DNA of 63,797 bases, filler included, from Chiloscyllium plagiosum (taxonomy: Eukaryota): assembly GCF_004010195.1 (NCBI RefSeq). It is 4 parts of 2 records of this genome, joined end to end, with 100 filler letters (N's around TTAATTAATTAA, not from the genome) between each part and the next. Parts side by side here need not be neighbours in the genome. Positions count along the whole stretch, not along the records: positions 1 to 24,454 come from NC_057714.1; positions 24,555 to 54,403 come from NC_057714.1; 2 more parts are not named here. The stretch is one strand, 5' to 3'. A program made the translations under genes and the position numbers. The notes beneath the pieces were generated by a model that was not told the origin of the DNA, made no database searches, and worked only from the letters and a program-made list of their open reading frames with translations. Below are positions 12,590 through 25,630 of the stretch, in pieces. Position 1 is the first letter of the stretch. Each line of letters starts with the position of its first letter.

Positions 12590-14270
12590 GAGTCCATTGT
12601 GTTCATCAAGTCAGTGCCATGTTTTTGAAGATCAATATAGTTAGCTCCACAACCCTGCTGTTTCAGCATATCCATATAACTTTTTTCTCACTTTCATCCA
12701 CTATCCCCATACCTTTGGATTACCTTATTATTGAAAACATCTCTCAGCCTTGAAGATAATTACTGACACAGCCTCGATAGCCTTCTGCTATAAAGAATTC
12801 CACAGATCCACTGCCTTCTGAGAGAAGAAATTCCTCATCAACTCTGTCCTAACTAGGCAACTCCTCATTCCATGCTCTCTGATTCTAGACTCTCCCAACA
12901 GGGGAAATGACCTCTCAGCAACTACCATGTCAAGTCCTCTAAGAAATGAAAGTTTCAATAAAGTTCCCTCTCATTTTCTATAATCCAACAAGTACAGGCT
13001 CAATCTACACAACCTCTCTTCATAAGGCAGTCCCTCCAAACCTTACATCAACCTAGTGAACTCTCTCTGGACTATCCCCAAAGTCAGCATATCTTTCTTT
13101 TGATAAGGGGGCCAAAACTCTCCACTATGTTCTCGGTATGATCCAACTAGTGACTTGTATGGTTTCAGCAAGATCTTCCTTTGAAGGCTCCATCCTACCT
13201 GCCTTCCTTATCATCCACTGGATATGGATGCTAGCTTTTTGTGATTCATGGACAAGAACCCCAAAATAGACAATAGATAATAGACAATAGGTGCTGGAGT
13301 AGGCCATTCTGCCCTTCGAGCCTGCACCACCATTCAATATCTTCATGGCTGATCATCCTTAATCAGTATCCTGTTCCTGCCTTATCTCCATAACCTTTGA
13401 TTCCACTATCCTTGAGAGCTCTATCCAACTCTTTCTTAAATGAATCCAGAGACTGGGCTTCCACTGCCCTCTGGGGAAGAGCATTCCACACAGCCACCAC
13501 TCTCTGGGTGAAGAAGTTTCTCCTCATCTCTGTCCAAAATGGTCTACGCCGTATTTTTAAGCTGTGTCCTCTGGTTCGGTACTCACCCATCAGCAGAAAC
13601 ATCTTTCCTGCCTCCAGAATGTCCAATCCCTTAATAATCTTATATGTCTCAATCAGATCCCCTCTCAGTCTTCTAAACTCAAGGGTATACAAGCCTAGTC
13701 GATCCAGTCTTTCAGTGTAAGGTAATCCCGCCATTCCAGGAATCTCTCCATGCTGCAGTTATTATTCATTTAAATAACATTCAGCTCCTGTATTCTCCCT
13801 ACCAAAAGCATAATCTCTCATTTCACTTGCTATATTCCATCTATCAAGTTTTATCCCTACTTGCTTAATCTGTCTATACCCCCTTCCAGTATTTTTGTGT
13901 CATTCTCACCACTTGCCTTTTCACCTGGTTTTGTGATATCCACAAAGTTGGCTGTAGTGCATTCACTTTTCTCATCTAAGTTATAAATATCTATTGTAAA
14001 TTACAGTTGCCCCAGCACTGACCGCTGTGGCACTCCACAATTTACAGGTTGAAATCCTGAAAATATGCCCTTATCTCAATTTTCTGTCTTCTACTAGTTA
14101 GCTGGTTCTATTCATGCTGTCATACTTCTAAACCAGGGGCTCTTATTTTATTAAGTAGCTTAATATGTGGCATCCTATCAAATATCTTCTGAAAATCCAA
14201 ATAGATTACATCCACATTGTCCCCTTTATCTATCCTGCCTGTCATCTCCTCAAAGAATTTTACCTCCAAC
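12590..14270 (-). mobile_element. Old CR1 (RT to 3' end) containing a young CR1 insertion
   Basis: Reverse-strand CR1 motifs lie either side of 13266-13743 and join collinearly. Confidence 0.8.
13266..13743 (-). mobile_element. Young CR1 3' fragment with a (TATTGTC)n tail
   Basis: ORF 13363-13734 is open; near-identical to 24095-24454, 24555-24882 and 52827-53290. Confidence 0.95.
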
Positions 14271-14530
14271 ATCATGGGCTCTTATGTGTGTGGTACTTTA
14301 ACAGAGCTCAAGTCATCTCTCCAAGCATAACTGTGTTTGAAAAGTTAAACGGCAATGTTTAATGGCTCAGTTCAATTTGGCTATCTTTTTTTTTCCCTCA
14401 AAGGCTCAGCCCTGGATAAGGGTCCAATCATTAGAGATTGGATAAACCACTGAAAAATGTTGTGATCTTACTATTGTTACTATTGGTGATGTTACTACTG
14501 AATGAATCAGATCCCAAATACAAAACAAAT

Positions 14531-14570
14531 GAGTTCTGAGGAAGGGTCACTGGACCTGAAACGTCAACTC
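14531..14570 (+). ncRNA. Minimal type-I hammerhead ribozyme motif, intact core
   Basis: GAGUU-CUGAGGA-A-[GGGUC ACUG GACCU]-GAAA-CGU-C-AACUC: 5-bp stem I, 5-bp stem II, GUC triplet. Confidence 0.8.
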
Positions 14571-14660
14571 TGATTTTTCTTCACACATGCTGCCAGACTG
14601 CTGAGCTGTTCCAGCAATTTCTGTTTCTAATTTACAGCAGCTGCAGTTCTTTCAGTTTTT
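14531..14660 (+). mobile_element. Short PLE 3'-end element (family P3)
   Basis: Begins with a hammerhead motif and continues into the ..TGCTGCCAGAC..CCAGCA..CTGCAGT tail; possible TSD AAATGAG (14527-14533 / 14661-14667). Confidence 0.75.
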
Positions 14661-15044
14661 AAATGAGAACCCAGAATGGAATCTGACCAGGTAGGACACA
14701 GTTTGTTTTGTTTTAGTTTAAAGTGACCAAAGCATAAACATTCAAGAGTTTTAACAACAAGACAAACTTCATTACATGAAATAAATAAAAATAAAATAAG
14801 CTTAAACTGTTTATATAAAACAGTTTGAAAGATTTCAAACCACTTGTCAAAATAAAGTCCTAAGTAGTCCCCAACATCATATTTGTTACTCAAAAAGTAG
14901 AAAAATTTTCCTTTCCTATCAAAGGAACAGGTTTGACATAATTGTTTCTTCTCATAGAAAATGTGAGCATAGACAATTTCTCTTGACCACTCATGCAACA
15001 TAGAGCTTACGCTTCCTCACCTTTTTTTATTGATCTGCTGAGTT

Positions 15045-15282
15045 AAGACCATTAAAAAAAAGGAGTGGAAGTAAGACCATTCGGCCCATTGAGTCCACTC
15101 CGCCATTTAATCATGGCTGATGGGCATTTCAACGCCACTTACCCACACTCTCCCCATATCCTTTAATTCCTTGCAAGATTAAGAATTTATCAATCTCTGC
15201 CTTGAAAACATTTAATGTCCTGGCCTCCATTACGCTCTGTGGCAATGAATTCCACAGGCCCACCACTCTCCGGCTGAAGAAA
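15045..15282 (-). mobile_element. CR1 3' end fragment
   Basis: GACCATTCGGCCC..AATCATGGCTGAT..GAATTCCACAG..GAAGAAA is a CR1 3' UTR / ORF2 end on the minus strand. Confidence 0.8.
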
Positions 15283-15309
15283 GGTAATAGAAATATTTAC
15301 ACATATTCC

Positions 15310-15541
15310 CTATGTTGTGGAAGTAGGCCATTCAGTCTTCACCAACCCTCTGAAGAGCAGCCCCTCCCTGTAACCCTGCATTTCCCATGGCTAACCCACC
15401 TAGCCTGGACAGTGTGAGGAAGCCCACACAGACACGGGGAGAACATGCAAACTCCACATAGACCAATGACTGACGGTGGAATTTAACCTGGGTCCCTAGC
15501 ACTGTGAGGTAGCAGTATTAACCACTGAGCCACCATGCCAC
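15310..15541 (-). mobile_element. HE1/V-SINE-type SINE with internal deletions
   Basis: AACCACTGAGCCACCATGCC head and GCAAACTCCACA core. Confidence 0.85.
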
Positions 15542-16079
15542 TGAGTTCTGTCCTGGAAGCTGCAAAAACTATATCCATTCACTGAGGTAACTTATTTTGC
15601 TAATGGCTCTGCATTTTTTTTTAAAGGAGAGACTCTGCTGACTGGCCTGTAGTACTCTTTCAAACTATTTTTCAAAAACCTTTATATTAAATTAAACAAA
15701 AAACTTGTTTTACCTAGCTTCTGCTCAATTAAGATTTCTCTTGTCATTCATAAACCTCTCAGTGCAAACTCCAGAAGGCACACTCTAGTTTAAAGTCATA
15801 GTTCTAGAAAGGCTGACCTAATTAATTGTTAAATCCCTTCAAAAAATAGACCAACATTCATATTACACTAGTTTAAAATCACAAACCTTTCATGCAAGGA
15901 AAATTGCAAATCTTTGGATATGCCTACCTCAGGGAATTATGAATGCTTTCTTTTGAATATATTTAAGGCTGGAATAGACAGATTTTTGGTCTCTTAGGAA
16001 ATCAAGGAATATGGGGAGTGGGCAGGAAGATGGAGTGGAAGCCAGGTATCAACTATGGTCATGATGAATGGCAAAGTGG

Positions 16080-16985
16080 GTTATAAAGTCCTGCAGCACA
16101 GAAATAGACCCATTCGACCAACTAGTCCATGCCAACCATAATCCCAAACTAAACAAGTCACATCTCCTAGAACTTGGCCCATATCCCTCTGAACATTTCT
16201 TATTCATGTACTTATCGAAGTGTCTTTTAAACACTGTAATTGTATCTGCAACCACCACTTCCCCCAGACATACATTCTACACATGAATAACTTTCTGTGT
16301 AAAACAGTTGCTTCTCATGTCTTTTTTTAATCTCCTTTGACCTTAAAAATATGCCCCCTTGTCTAGAAATCCCCTACCCTAGGGAAAAGACACCAGTCAT
16401 TCATCTTATCTATACTCCTCTTGATTTTATAAATCTTTATAACATCACCTCTTTCCCAGACTCCAGTAAAAAAAGTCCCAGCCTAGCCAGCCTCCCTTTA
16501 TAACTCAAACCTTCCATTCCTGGCACCATCCTGGTAAATCTCTTCTGAACTCTCTCCAACTTAATAATATCCTTCCTTTTAGAGGGAGACCAGAACTGGA
16601 TACAGTTCTCCAGAAGAGGACTCACCAATGTCCTGTATAACCTTAACATAATGTCCAACTCGTACACTCAAAAGTCTGAGCAATAAAGGCAAACATGCTA
16701 AACACGTTCTTAACCATCCTATCTATATGTGATGCAAACTTCAAATAATTATGTGCCTGAACCCCAGGTCTCTCTGTTCTACAACACTTTCCAAGGCCCT
16801 AATTTTAATTGTGTAAGTTTTGTCTTTGCTTGTTTTATCAAAATGCAATACCTCACATTTATCCAAATTAAACTCCATTTTCTACTTTTCAGTCCACTGA
16901 CCTAATTGATCAACATTCTTTGTAATTTTAGATAACCTTCTTTACTGTCCACTGCACCACCAATCTGCAAACTTACTAACCATGC
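16080..16985 (-). mobile_element. CR1 3' ~0.9 kb
   Basis: LYRTLVSPLLENCIQFWSP..LERVQKRFTRM. Confidence 0.9.
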
Positions 16986-16999
16986 GTGTCAATATACTA

Positions 17000-19250
17000 G
17001 GCCAATGTAATACCTTTATTTAAAAAGGAAGGAGACAAAAACAAATAACTCTCGGCCAGTTAGCTTAATGTAGCACAGCATTTAGAAATGTATAATATAA
17101 TCAAGTAGAGTCAGCATGAAATCATGCCTGTCAAATTTGAGAATTCTTTGAGGTAGTAACAAGCCAGATAGATAAAGGGAAAGTAGTGGGTGTAATATAT
17201 TTGGATTTTCAGAATGCTTTTGATAGGTACCACACATTAGGTTACTTAGTTCGACAAGAGTCCATTGTGTTGGGAGCAGTATATTAGCAAAGGCATAAGA
17301 TTGGTTAACCAATAGAAGACAGAGACTTGGGAAATTTCAAGATTGCAACATGTAACTAGTGGTGTGCCACAGGAATCAGTGTTCCGGCCACAATTCTTCA
17401 CATTCATAATTTGGACGATGAAAGTGATTGTAATAAAGCCAAGTTTGCAGATTACATGAGAACACATAGGAAGCCCAGTGGTGAGGATGACACAAACAGT
17501 CTGCAGAGCGTTAAATAAGATAAAGTGAGTGGGCAAAAACTTGGCAGATGGAATATAACGTGAGGAAATGTGAGGCTTTGCATTTTGGCAGGACGAATGG
17601 AAGTGCTAGATATTTTCTAAATAGAGAAAGACAACAGAAAGCAAAAGAAAAGAGGGATTGAGAGTCTTCATCCATGAATCACAAAAACCTAGCATTCAGT
17701 GGGTAACAGAGAAGGCAAATGGAATGTTGACATTTATTTCAAAGGGAATAGAATATAAAAGTAGAGGGATTTTGCTAAAACTGTACAAGGCACAAGTCAA
17801 ATCACAGATGGAACACTGTGAACAGTTTTGGACCCTTTATCTAAGGGGAGTATACTGGCAATGGAGGTAGGCCAGGGAAGGGTCACCAGGCTGATATCAG
17901 TTATGGAGGGACTTCCTTATGAGGAGATGTTGATTGAATGGGCCCAATGCTCATTGGAATATAGGAGGTTGAGAAGTGACCTTATTGAAAATACAAGATG
18001 CTTAGGGGACCTGTTAGGGTAGATATGAAAAGGTTGTTGCCCCTTATGGGAGCGTCTAGGACCAGAGGGCATAACCTCAGAAAAAGGAGTGGCACATTTA
18101 GACGGAGTTGAGGAGGAATTTCTTCTTTCAGATGATAGTGAATCTGTGAAATTCTTTACTGCAGAGGGCTGCTGAGGCTTAGTCATTAAGCATATTCAAG
18201 GATGAGACAGTTTTTAATGAGTAAGGGAATCATGGGTTATGAGAAAAAGGCAGGAAAATGGAGTTGAAGATGATCAGCTTAGCCATGATCTCATTGAATG
18301 GCTGAGCAGACTCAATGGGCTGCAAGGCTTACATCTGCTTCTATATTTTAGCCTGTTAATGGTGCTATAATGTAAAATACAAATTGTTGGCATTATTGCA
18401 GCGAATATGATTTTGTTAAAAAAGCTGTGCAGTTTTGCTCAACTATTTCAGAGGGTATTAAGATTAAATAATGAACGTGTGACAGGGTATACAGACTAGA
18501 TTCTGTTCCCTCAGGATATTGATACACCAGTTGGGTTTCATGATAATCTGGCAGCTGTCATGATCAGTTTTTCACCAATACCAGACGTATTAACTTTAAT
18601 GTCACAATTTGTTATAATGGGAATTATAACTCCACATCCGAATTATTATGACAGTGCTCCAGTAATTGCATTTTCTTAGGAGACAGGGAACATTTCAATC
18701 TCATTTATCGAGCCCTTTCACAATACCAACCTTATCAATTACCCATTTTAATACCAGGTTGTTTAAATCGATTCAGTATTTTGTCCTAACATTCCATCCG
18801 GTTACAACACAAAACTAGGTTGAGTTGTGAGTGGTGATGAAGATCTAAAGTGGCAAATTAGATTAGTTTAAGTGAGGAGGTAAATGCCCGAAAGATACCG
18901 ATATTACTATAATGTGCATTAGTGTGAAGTTGTGAAGTAGGAAAAGAAAACAGTAACAGATGAGAAATGCCAATGCACAAAGGAATCTGGATGTCCTTGT
19001 GCATCGGTCACTGAAAATAAGCATGTAGGTGTAGCAAGCAGTTAGGAAGGATGCTAAATTGGCCTTCATTGCAAGAGAGTTTATATATAGAAGCAAAGAA
19101 ATCTTACTGCAGTTGTGGGCTTCGTGAGACCACATCTGGACTAGTTTGCACATGTTTGGTCTCCATATTAAGGAAAGATATACTTAACATTGATAGGGTG
19201 CAGCAGAAGTTCAACAGACTGATCCCTGGGATGGCAGGCTTGTCATAGAA
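17000..19250 (+). mobile_element. Two decayed CR1 RT/3' fragments (~17000-18350 and ~18810-19250)
   Basis: YLDFQNAFD, GVPQESV, KFAD and KANGMLTFISKGIEYKS motifs. Confidence 0.8.
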
Positions 19251-19547
19251 GATTAATGCAAATAATGATCTGATAGTCATTAAGGAGATGTGGTTGTGGG
19301 ATAAGGATTGGATCCTGAAAGGTATATGATATTCAGGAAGAATAGGAATCTAGGTAAAGGTGGAGGGGGGTATCACTGTTAATAAAGGATGGCATTTTGT
19401 GCAATAGATAGGAAGTTAAAGATGATTTAGTTCAGAAGATTAGGATGTAGAATCAGTTTGAATAAAAATGTGGAATAGTAGGATAAATAAGTTACTAACG
19501 GGAGTTGCCTATAGGCCTCCATCAGTAAACACAAAATGTGCAGTGAT

Positions 19548-19763
19548 TGTAACAAGATCAACCATGTGGACCTCATAGATTGAGTTCCCTGATTGGACCA
19601 GGTTAACAGCCCCAATCAGGGAGCTCTGGCTGACAGATATAAACATGAGTGTCAGAGGTTCTGTTCACTCAGCAGGCTCTGAGGAAGCTGGATCAGTATC
19701 AAGGACTTTCCACATGTACATAAAGGGTGACTTGGTGACCAACCCCTGTGGAGTTATTTCACA
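19548..19763 (+). mobile_element. Probable solo LTR (~216 bp) inserted in the CR1 endonuclease region
   Basis: TGTAAC...TTTCACA termini, CCAAT boxes, TATAAA at 19638-19643; interrupts the collinear CR1 between YRPP and the IIV-D motif. No clean TSD seen. Confidence 0.6.
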
Positions 19764-21884
19764 ATGCAAAACATATACGAGGAGAAATACCTGGGTGTTT
19801 GTGATAATGGAATGGCAATAATTGTCCGTGACACTAATCTCATAAAAACTAGTAAAATCAGATTGAAGATTGTCGCCTGTGAGATGAATTCAAATGGTTT
19901 GGTAAAGCAGCACGTTCTGGAACCAACCAGAGAGAAGGTTATATTAGACATATAATAAGATGGGATGAATTAATGACCTCAGGATAAAGGCAGTTCTAGC
20001 TGTCAACAATGACATTATGATTGAATTTTACATCCAGTTTAAAGGAAAGAGATTTGCTAAGGCTTATGTTTTAAAGTTAAATAAGAGTAACTATATCAAC
20101 GTAAAAGCCAAGCTAGCTGCAGCAAACTGGCATACTATGCTAGAGGACAAATCAAGAGAGAAGCAGTTGTAGATGATCAAACTGATATTTCAGAATAAGT
20201 ATATTCCCATAAGAAAGTTCTAAAGGAAGGACCAACCATCCACAGTTAACTACAATGTTAGAGAAAATATCAAACTGAAGGAAAAACCATATAACTGCAA
20301 GCTTTCGTGGTAGGGTCAAATAGGAAGAACAGTAGAGAATAAATAAAAGGTTAATCAGTTCAAATAAAACAGAATATGAGAGGAAGGTAGTTAGGAATAT
20401 AGAAATGAACGGCAAGACTTTCTACAGGTATTTACAAAAGAAAAGATTAAGTAAAGCGAAAATTGGTTCTCTGGAATGAGAATGGGGAGTTAATAGTAGA
20501 AAATAAGGAAATGTAAGAGAAAGTGAACAATATTTGACTCCTTCCTCACTATAGAGTATTCAAATCTCTTCCAGGAAGAGCTGGAAATCACAAAGTGTTA
20601 GGAAGAGAGAAAGTTAATGGAAGTACAATCACCAGGGAATCCCAGAAGGGATTACTAGGATGTTGCCAGCTATGGAAGGTTTGACTTAGAGAATAATGTT
20701 AGACAGGCTGGGATGTTTTTCACTGGAGCATAGGGCGTTGAGAGGGGGCCTTATAGAGGTTCATAAAATCATGAGGAGTATAGATAGGGGAAAAGCACCT
20801 ACTATTAACCCTAAGATAGGGGATTTTAAGAATGGGGGCATTGTTTTAAGGTGACAAAAGAGAGATTTTAAAAAGACATGAGGGACAAATGTTTTACACA
20901 GAGGGTGGTTTGCATGTGGAATGAACTTCCTGAAGAAGTGGTGGATGTGAGCACAGTTACAACATTTAAAAGACATTTAGATAAATACGTAAATAGGAAA
21001 GATTTGGAGGTGGGGATGTGGGTCAGGAGTAGGCAGGTAGAACTAGTTTAATTAGGGAACATGTTTAGCATGGACTGGTTGGTCCATACCGTATGGCTCT
21101 GTGACACTAAGAAAACTGATCAAGCTGTGAATTGTCAAGTGTTCAGGTCTCGGTGGATTTTGTCCTAGGATCTTAAACGAAGGTGTCTAATGAGGTAGTA
21201 GATACATTGGTGATAACTTTATAAAATTCCCTAGTTTCAGAAAGATTCCATCAGACTGGAAAGTAGCAAATGTTTATTTAAGGAGGGGGAGGGAGGCATT
21301 AAAAAGGAAACTATAGACCAGTTAGTTTGAAGACTGTCATAAGAACGGTGTAAGGAACAGCCATTAAAGAGGTTATAACTGGATACTTAGGAGAGTTCAT
21401 GGTACTCAGGGAAAGTCAGTATAGTTTTGTGGAATAATAATCATGTTTAACTTATTTATTAGAGTTCTTTGAAGGAGTAACATGTGCTGTGGATAACGGA
21501 GAACCTTAGCCATGCTATACTTGTATTTCCAGAAGGCATTTGATAAGGCATCATATTAAAGTTCATCACAGGAAATAAAAGCTCATAGTGTCGGGGACAA
21601 GGTATTAGCATGGATATAAGAATGGCAGAAAACAGCATGTATACATGGTTGTGTGGCAGGGCTCTGTGCTGAGGTTTTCAACTTTTTCAATTTATACTAA
21701 TGAATTAGATGAGGATGAATGAAGGCATGCTCAATCTATTTGCAGAGAACATAAAGATAACCGGTAGGTAGAAAGGTAAGTAGTGAAAAAGACCCAATGA
21801 GTTTGCAGATGGATACTGATAAGTTGAGTGAATGTGCAGAAATCTGGCAGATGGAGCATGATGTGGCAAAGTGTGAAGTAATTG

Positions 21885-22218
21885 GGGCGGCATGGTGGCT
21901 CAGTGATTAGCACTGCTGCCTCACAGTGCCAAGGATCCAGGTTCAATTCCACCTTCGATGACTGTCTGTGTGGAGTTTACACATTCTCCCAGTGTCTGCG
22001 TGGGTTTCCTCTTGGTGCTCTGGTTGCTTCCCACAATCCAAAGATGCGCAGGTTAGGTGAATTGGCCATGCTAAATTGCCCATAGTGTTCAGGGATGCCT
22101 AGATTAGGTGCTTTAGTCAGGGGTAAATATAGGGGAATGGGTCTGGGTGGGTTACTCTTCGGAGGTGCGGTGTGGACTTGTTGGGCCGAAGGCCTATTTC
22201 CGCACTGTAGGGATTCTA
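21885..22218 (+). mobile_element. HE1/V-SINE-type SINE, full length
   Basis: GGGCGGCATGGTGGCTCAGTG head, B box GGTTCAATTCC, conserved core and tail. Confidence 0.92.
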
Positions 22219-23067
22219 TAAGTTCACTTTGACAGGAGGAGTGTGAAAATAGAGTATTCCTTAAACAGAGAATGACTGTGGATTCCTGAGGTGCTGGGGG
22301 TCAAAGTCCTCTACTGCACGTCACAAAGATCTAGTATGCAGGTACAGTAACGTAGAAGGCAAAGAGGATGCTACCCTTTATTGAAAGAGGAATTGAACAT
22401 AAAAGTAAGGATTTTATGGTTTAGTTATACAGAGCATTGGTGGGATCACATGTTACAGAGTATGTGTAGTTTAGGTTTCCTTATTTAGGAAAGAATGTAA
22501 GTGCAGGCAAGGCAGATCAGAAGATTGATAATGTGCAACAAACCAGAAGTGATCAGGGACCTCGAAGTGAAGGAGACATTGGGAAGTAGTGACCATAATA
22601 CAATAAGCTTCAATCTGCAATTTGGGAGGGAGAGGGTACAATTGGAAGTGACAATTTTTCAGTTGAATAAAGGGAACTATGGAGCTATGAGGGAGGAGCA
22701 TTGTACACATTTATCAAGTTTCTTTGCTTGAAAATGTACAATAAATCTCACAGTTTTACGGGAAAATTGGTTAAAAAGCACAAAGGACTGCTACTAATAA
22801 AAAGATACACTTCTTGACAAGGTTTTGTGGAATCTACCAGTATAAGATCTTCCATCGCCAAAGGCAGACCCCAAAACACTGCATCACAATCTCCACCACA
22901 TGATTTGGAGATAAGTCAAGGAGGCAAATTCAAGATCTACTCCAACTGGAACATGGATGAATCCCCATGCTGTTGGCACCAATCTGATCCTGAATATCCG
23001 TCCAGCAATTTCCAAACTGCACACCCCAAGGTGTCCAAGATGCTGTGGCAACATGCACTTTTACAAG

Positions 23068-23266
23068 CATAGAGTCATAGAGATGTACAGCATGGAAACA
23101 GACCCTTCGGTTCAACCCATCCATGCCGACCAGATATTCCAACCCAATCTAGTCCCACCTGCCAGCACCCTGCCCATATCCCTCCAAACCCTTCCCATTC
23201 ATATACCCATCCAAATGCCTCTTAAATGTTGCAATTGTACCAGACTCCACCACTTCCTCTGGCAGC
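23068..23266 (-). mobile_element. CR1 3' end with a (CTATGACT)n tail
   Basis: Near-identical to 47333-47530. Confidence 0.9.
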
Positions 23267-23432
23267 TCACTCTGAAGTCTAATCTGAATACTGATTGCAG
23301 ATGCTCCAATTCTTTTCCTATCACATGATTTTTCAGGAATAATCTTCCCTGCTGTTACCCACTTGCCACCAGTGTATGTTGAAAGGATGTGCAGATTGAT
23401 ATTCAACCTGTTTGGCATTATTATGAACGTGC

Positions 23433-24454
23433 CTTCCTTGCGCATGGTATTGGGGTCAAAGTACTAACTTGGATTGAATGTTGGTTGGCTGATAGGAAAC
23501 AAAGAGTAGTGATAAACGGCTCCATTTCGGAGTGGCAGGCAGTGACCAATGGGGTACCGCAGGGATCAGTACTGGGACCTCAGCTTTTTACAATATATGT
23601 TAATGATATAGAAGATGGTATTAGTAATAACATTAGCAAATTTGCTGATGATACTAAGCTGGGTGGCAGGGTGAAATGTGATGAGGATGTTAGGAGATTA
23701 CAGGTTAACCTGGACAAGTTAGGTGAGTGGTCAGATGCATGGCAGATGCAGTTTAATGTGGATAAATGTATGATTATCCACTTTGGTGGCAAGAACAGGA
23801 AGGCAGATTACTACCTAAATGGAATCAATTTAGGTAAAGGGGCAGTACAGAGAGATCTGGATGTTTCTGTACACCAGTCAATGAAGGTAAGCATGCAGGT
23901 ACAGCAGGTAGTGAAGAAGGCTAATAGCATGTTGGCCTTCATAACAAAAGGGATTGAGTATACAGGCAAAGAGGTTCTTCTGCAGCTGTACAGGGCCCAG
24001 GTGAGACCACACCTGGAGTACTGCTGCAGTTTTGGAATCCAAATTTGAGGAAAGACTATTGAGGGAGTGCAGCGTAGGTTCACGAGGTCAATTCCTGGAA
24101 TGGCGGGACTGGATCGACTGGGCTTGTTTCCCCTTGAGTTTAGAAGACTGAGAGGGGATATGATTGAGACATATAAGATTATTAAGGGATTGGACATTCT
24201 GGAGGCAGGAAACATGTTTCTGCCGATGGGCGAGTACCGAACCAGAGGACACAGCTTAAAAATATGGGGTAGACCATTTAGGACAGAGATGAGGAGAAAC
24301 TTCTTCACCCAGAGAGTGGTGGCTGTGTGGAATGCTCTGCCCCAGAGGGCAGTGGAGGCCCAGTCTCTGAATTCATTTAAGAAAGAGTTGGATAGAGCTC
24401 AAAGATAGTGGAATCAAGGGTTATGGAGATAAGGCAGGAACAGGATACTGACTA
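23433..24454 (+). mobile_element. Young CR1 RT fragment (frameshifted)
   Basis: GVPQGSVLGPQLF and SKFADDTK (the CR1 RT catalytic FADD motif), KANSMLAFI, RPHLEYC. Confidence 0.95.
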
Positions 24455-24554
24455 NNNNNNNNNNNNNNNNNNNNNNNNNNNNNNNNNNNNNNNNNNNNTT
24501 AATTAATTAANNNNNNNNNNNNNNNNNNNNNNNNNNNNNNNNNNNNNNNNNNNN
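24455..24554. other. Artificial scaffold join N44-TTAATTAATTAA-N44
   Basis: Exactly 100 nt; identical structure at 54404 and 60919. Confidence 0.95.
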
Positions 24555-24882
24555 ATGTTTCCGCTGATGGGTGAGTGTCGAACCAGAGGACACAGCTTAA
24601 AAATACGGGGTAGATCATTTAGGACAGAGATGAGGAGAAACGTTTTCACCCAGAGAGTGGTGGCTGTGTGGGATGCTCTGCCCCAGAGGGCAGTGGAGGC
24701 CCAGTCTCTGGATTCATTTAAGAAAGAGTTGGATAGAGCTCTCAAGGATTGTGGAATCAAGGGTTATGGAGATAAGGCAGGAACAGGATACTGATTAAGG
24801 ATGATCAGCCATGATCATATTGAATGGTGATGCAGGCTCAAAGGGCAGAATGGCCTACTTCTGCACCTATTGTCCATTGTCC
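24555..24882 (+). mobile_element. Young CR1 3' end
   Basis: Repeats 24214-24454 with several substitutions and ends in TATTGTCCATTGTC. Confidence 0.92.
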
Positions 24883-25009
24883 TTTGAATGGTTTGCACTG
24901 TGAGGAAAGGTTGGCAGGAAAGGATGTTTCCTCTGGTGTGAGAGTCCATGATTTAGGGACACTGTTTTGAAATTAGGGACTGTGCTTTTATTACAGGAAT
25001 CAGAAAACA

Positions 25010-25630
25010 GGGGAAATTGAGGACCACAATGATGCTGGAGATCAGAGTCGAGAGTGTGGTGCTGGAAAAGTACAGCAGGTCAAGCAGCATGCAAGGAGCA
25101 GGAAAATCGAGATTTCGGGCATAAGACCTTCATCAGGATGGCGGTGTGGAGGGAAGGGGCTAAGAGATAAATAGGAGTATGGGGGGGGGGGGGGGGGGGG
25201 GGGGGACTGGGTGTGAGGGAATGTNNNNNNNNNNNNNNNNNNNNNNNNNNNNNNNNNNNNNNNNNNNNNNNNNNNNNNNNNNNNNNNNNNNNNNNNNNNN
25301 NNNNNNNNNNNNNNNNNNNNNNNNNNNNNNNNNNNNNNNNNNNNNNNNNNNNNNNNNNNCTTGGGACCCTCCAACCACATGGCATCAACGTCAACTTCAC
25401 CAGTTTCCTCATCTCCCCTCCCCCCACCTCATCCCAGATCCAACCCTCCAACTCGGCAACACCCTCTTTAACGGTCCAACCCGTCCATCTTTCTTCCCAC
25501 CTATCCACTCCACCCTTCCCACTGGCCTATCACCATCACACCCCCACCTGCAGCTACCTACTGCCTTCCCAGCTACCTTCCCCTGCTCCCCACCCACCCT
25601 CCTATATATCTCAGTCCTTTTCCTCCCCAC
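25010..25630. mobile_element. PLE family P4 fragments in inverted arrangement (minus 25010-25224, plus 25360-25630) around a 135-N gap; degenerate hammerhead at 25106-25139 (-)
   Basis: LGTLQPHGINVNFTSF resembles the PLE endonuclease C-terminus; C-rich UTR; CTGATGAAGGTCTTATGCCCGAAATCTC on the minus strand. Confidence 0.75.

Larger units (their letters stand above)
19260..22505 (+). mobile_element. Long decayed CR1 ORF2 (APE endonuclease to RT) with nested insertions: LTR, CR1 at ~20640-21100, SINE
   Basis: KGGG, YRPP, QHVLEPTREKVILD, FQKAFDK and LFA motifs appear in order. Confidence 0.8.

Noticed and set aside
19678..19710. CTGAGGA in the solo LTR as a retrozyme hammerhead
   Set aside because: No downstream GAAA-NUH or stem I pairing.
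23389..24408. Intact autonomous reverse transcriptase
   Set aside because: 5'-truncated and frameshifted; no complete ORF2 exists anywhere in the window.
24499..24510. TTAATTAATTAA as a biological motif (homeodomain or piggyBac site)
   Set aside because: Always centred in exactly 44+44 Ns; synthetic linker.
25180..25205. Poly-G run / poly-Pro ORFs (also 34271-34287)
   Set aside because: Homopolymer next to a gap or inside a TE; probably slippage or a sequencing artefact.
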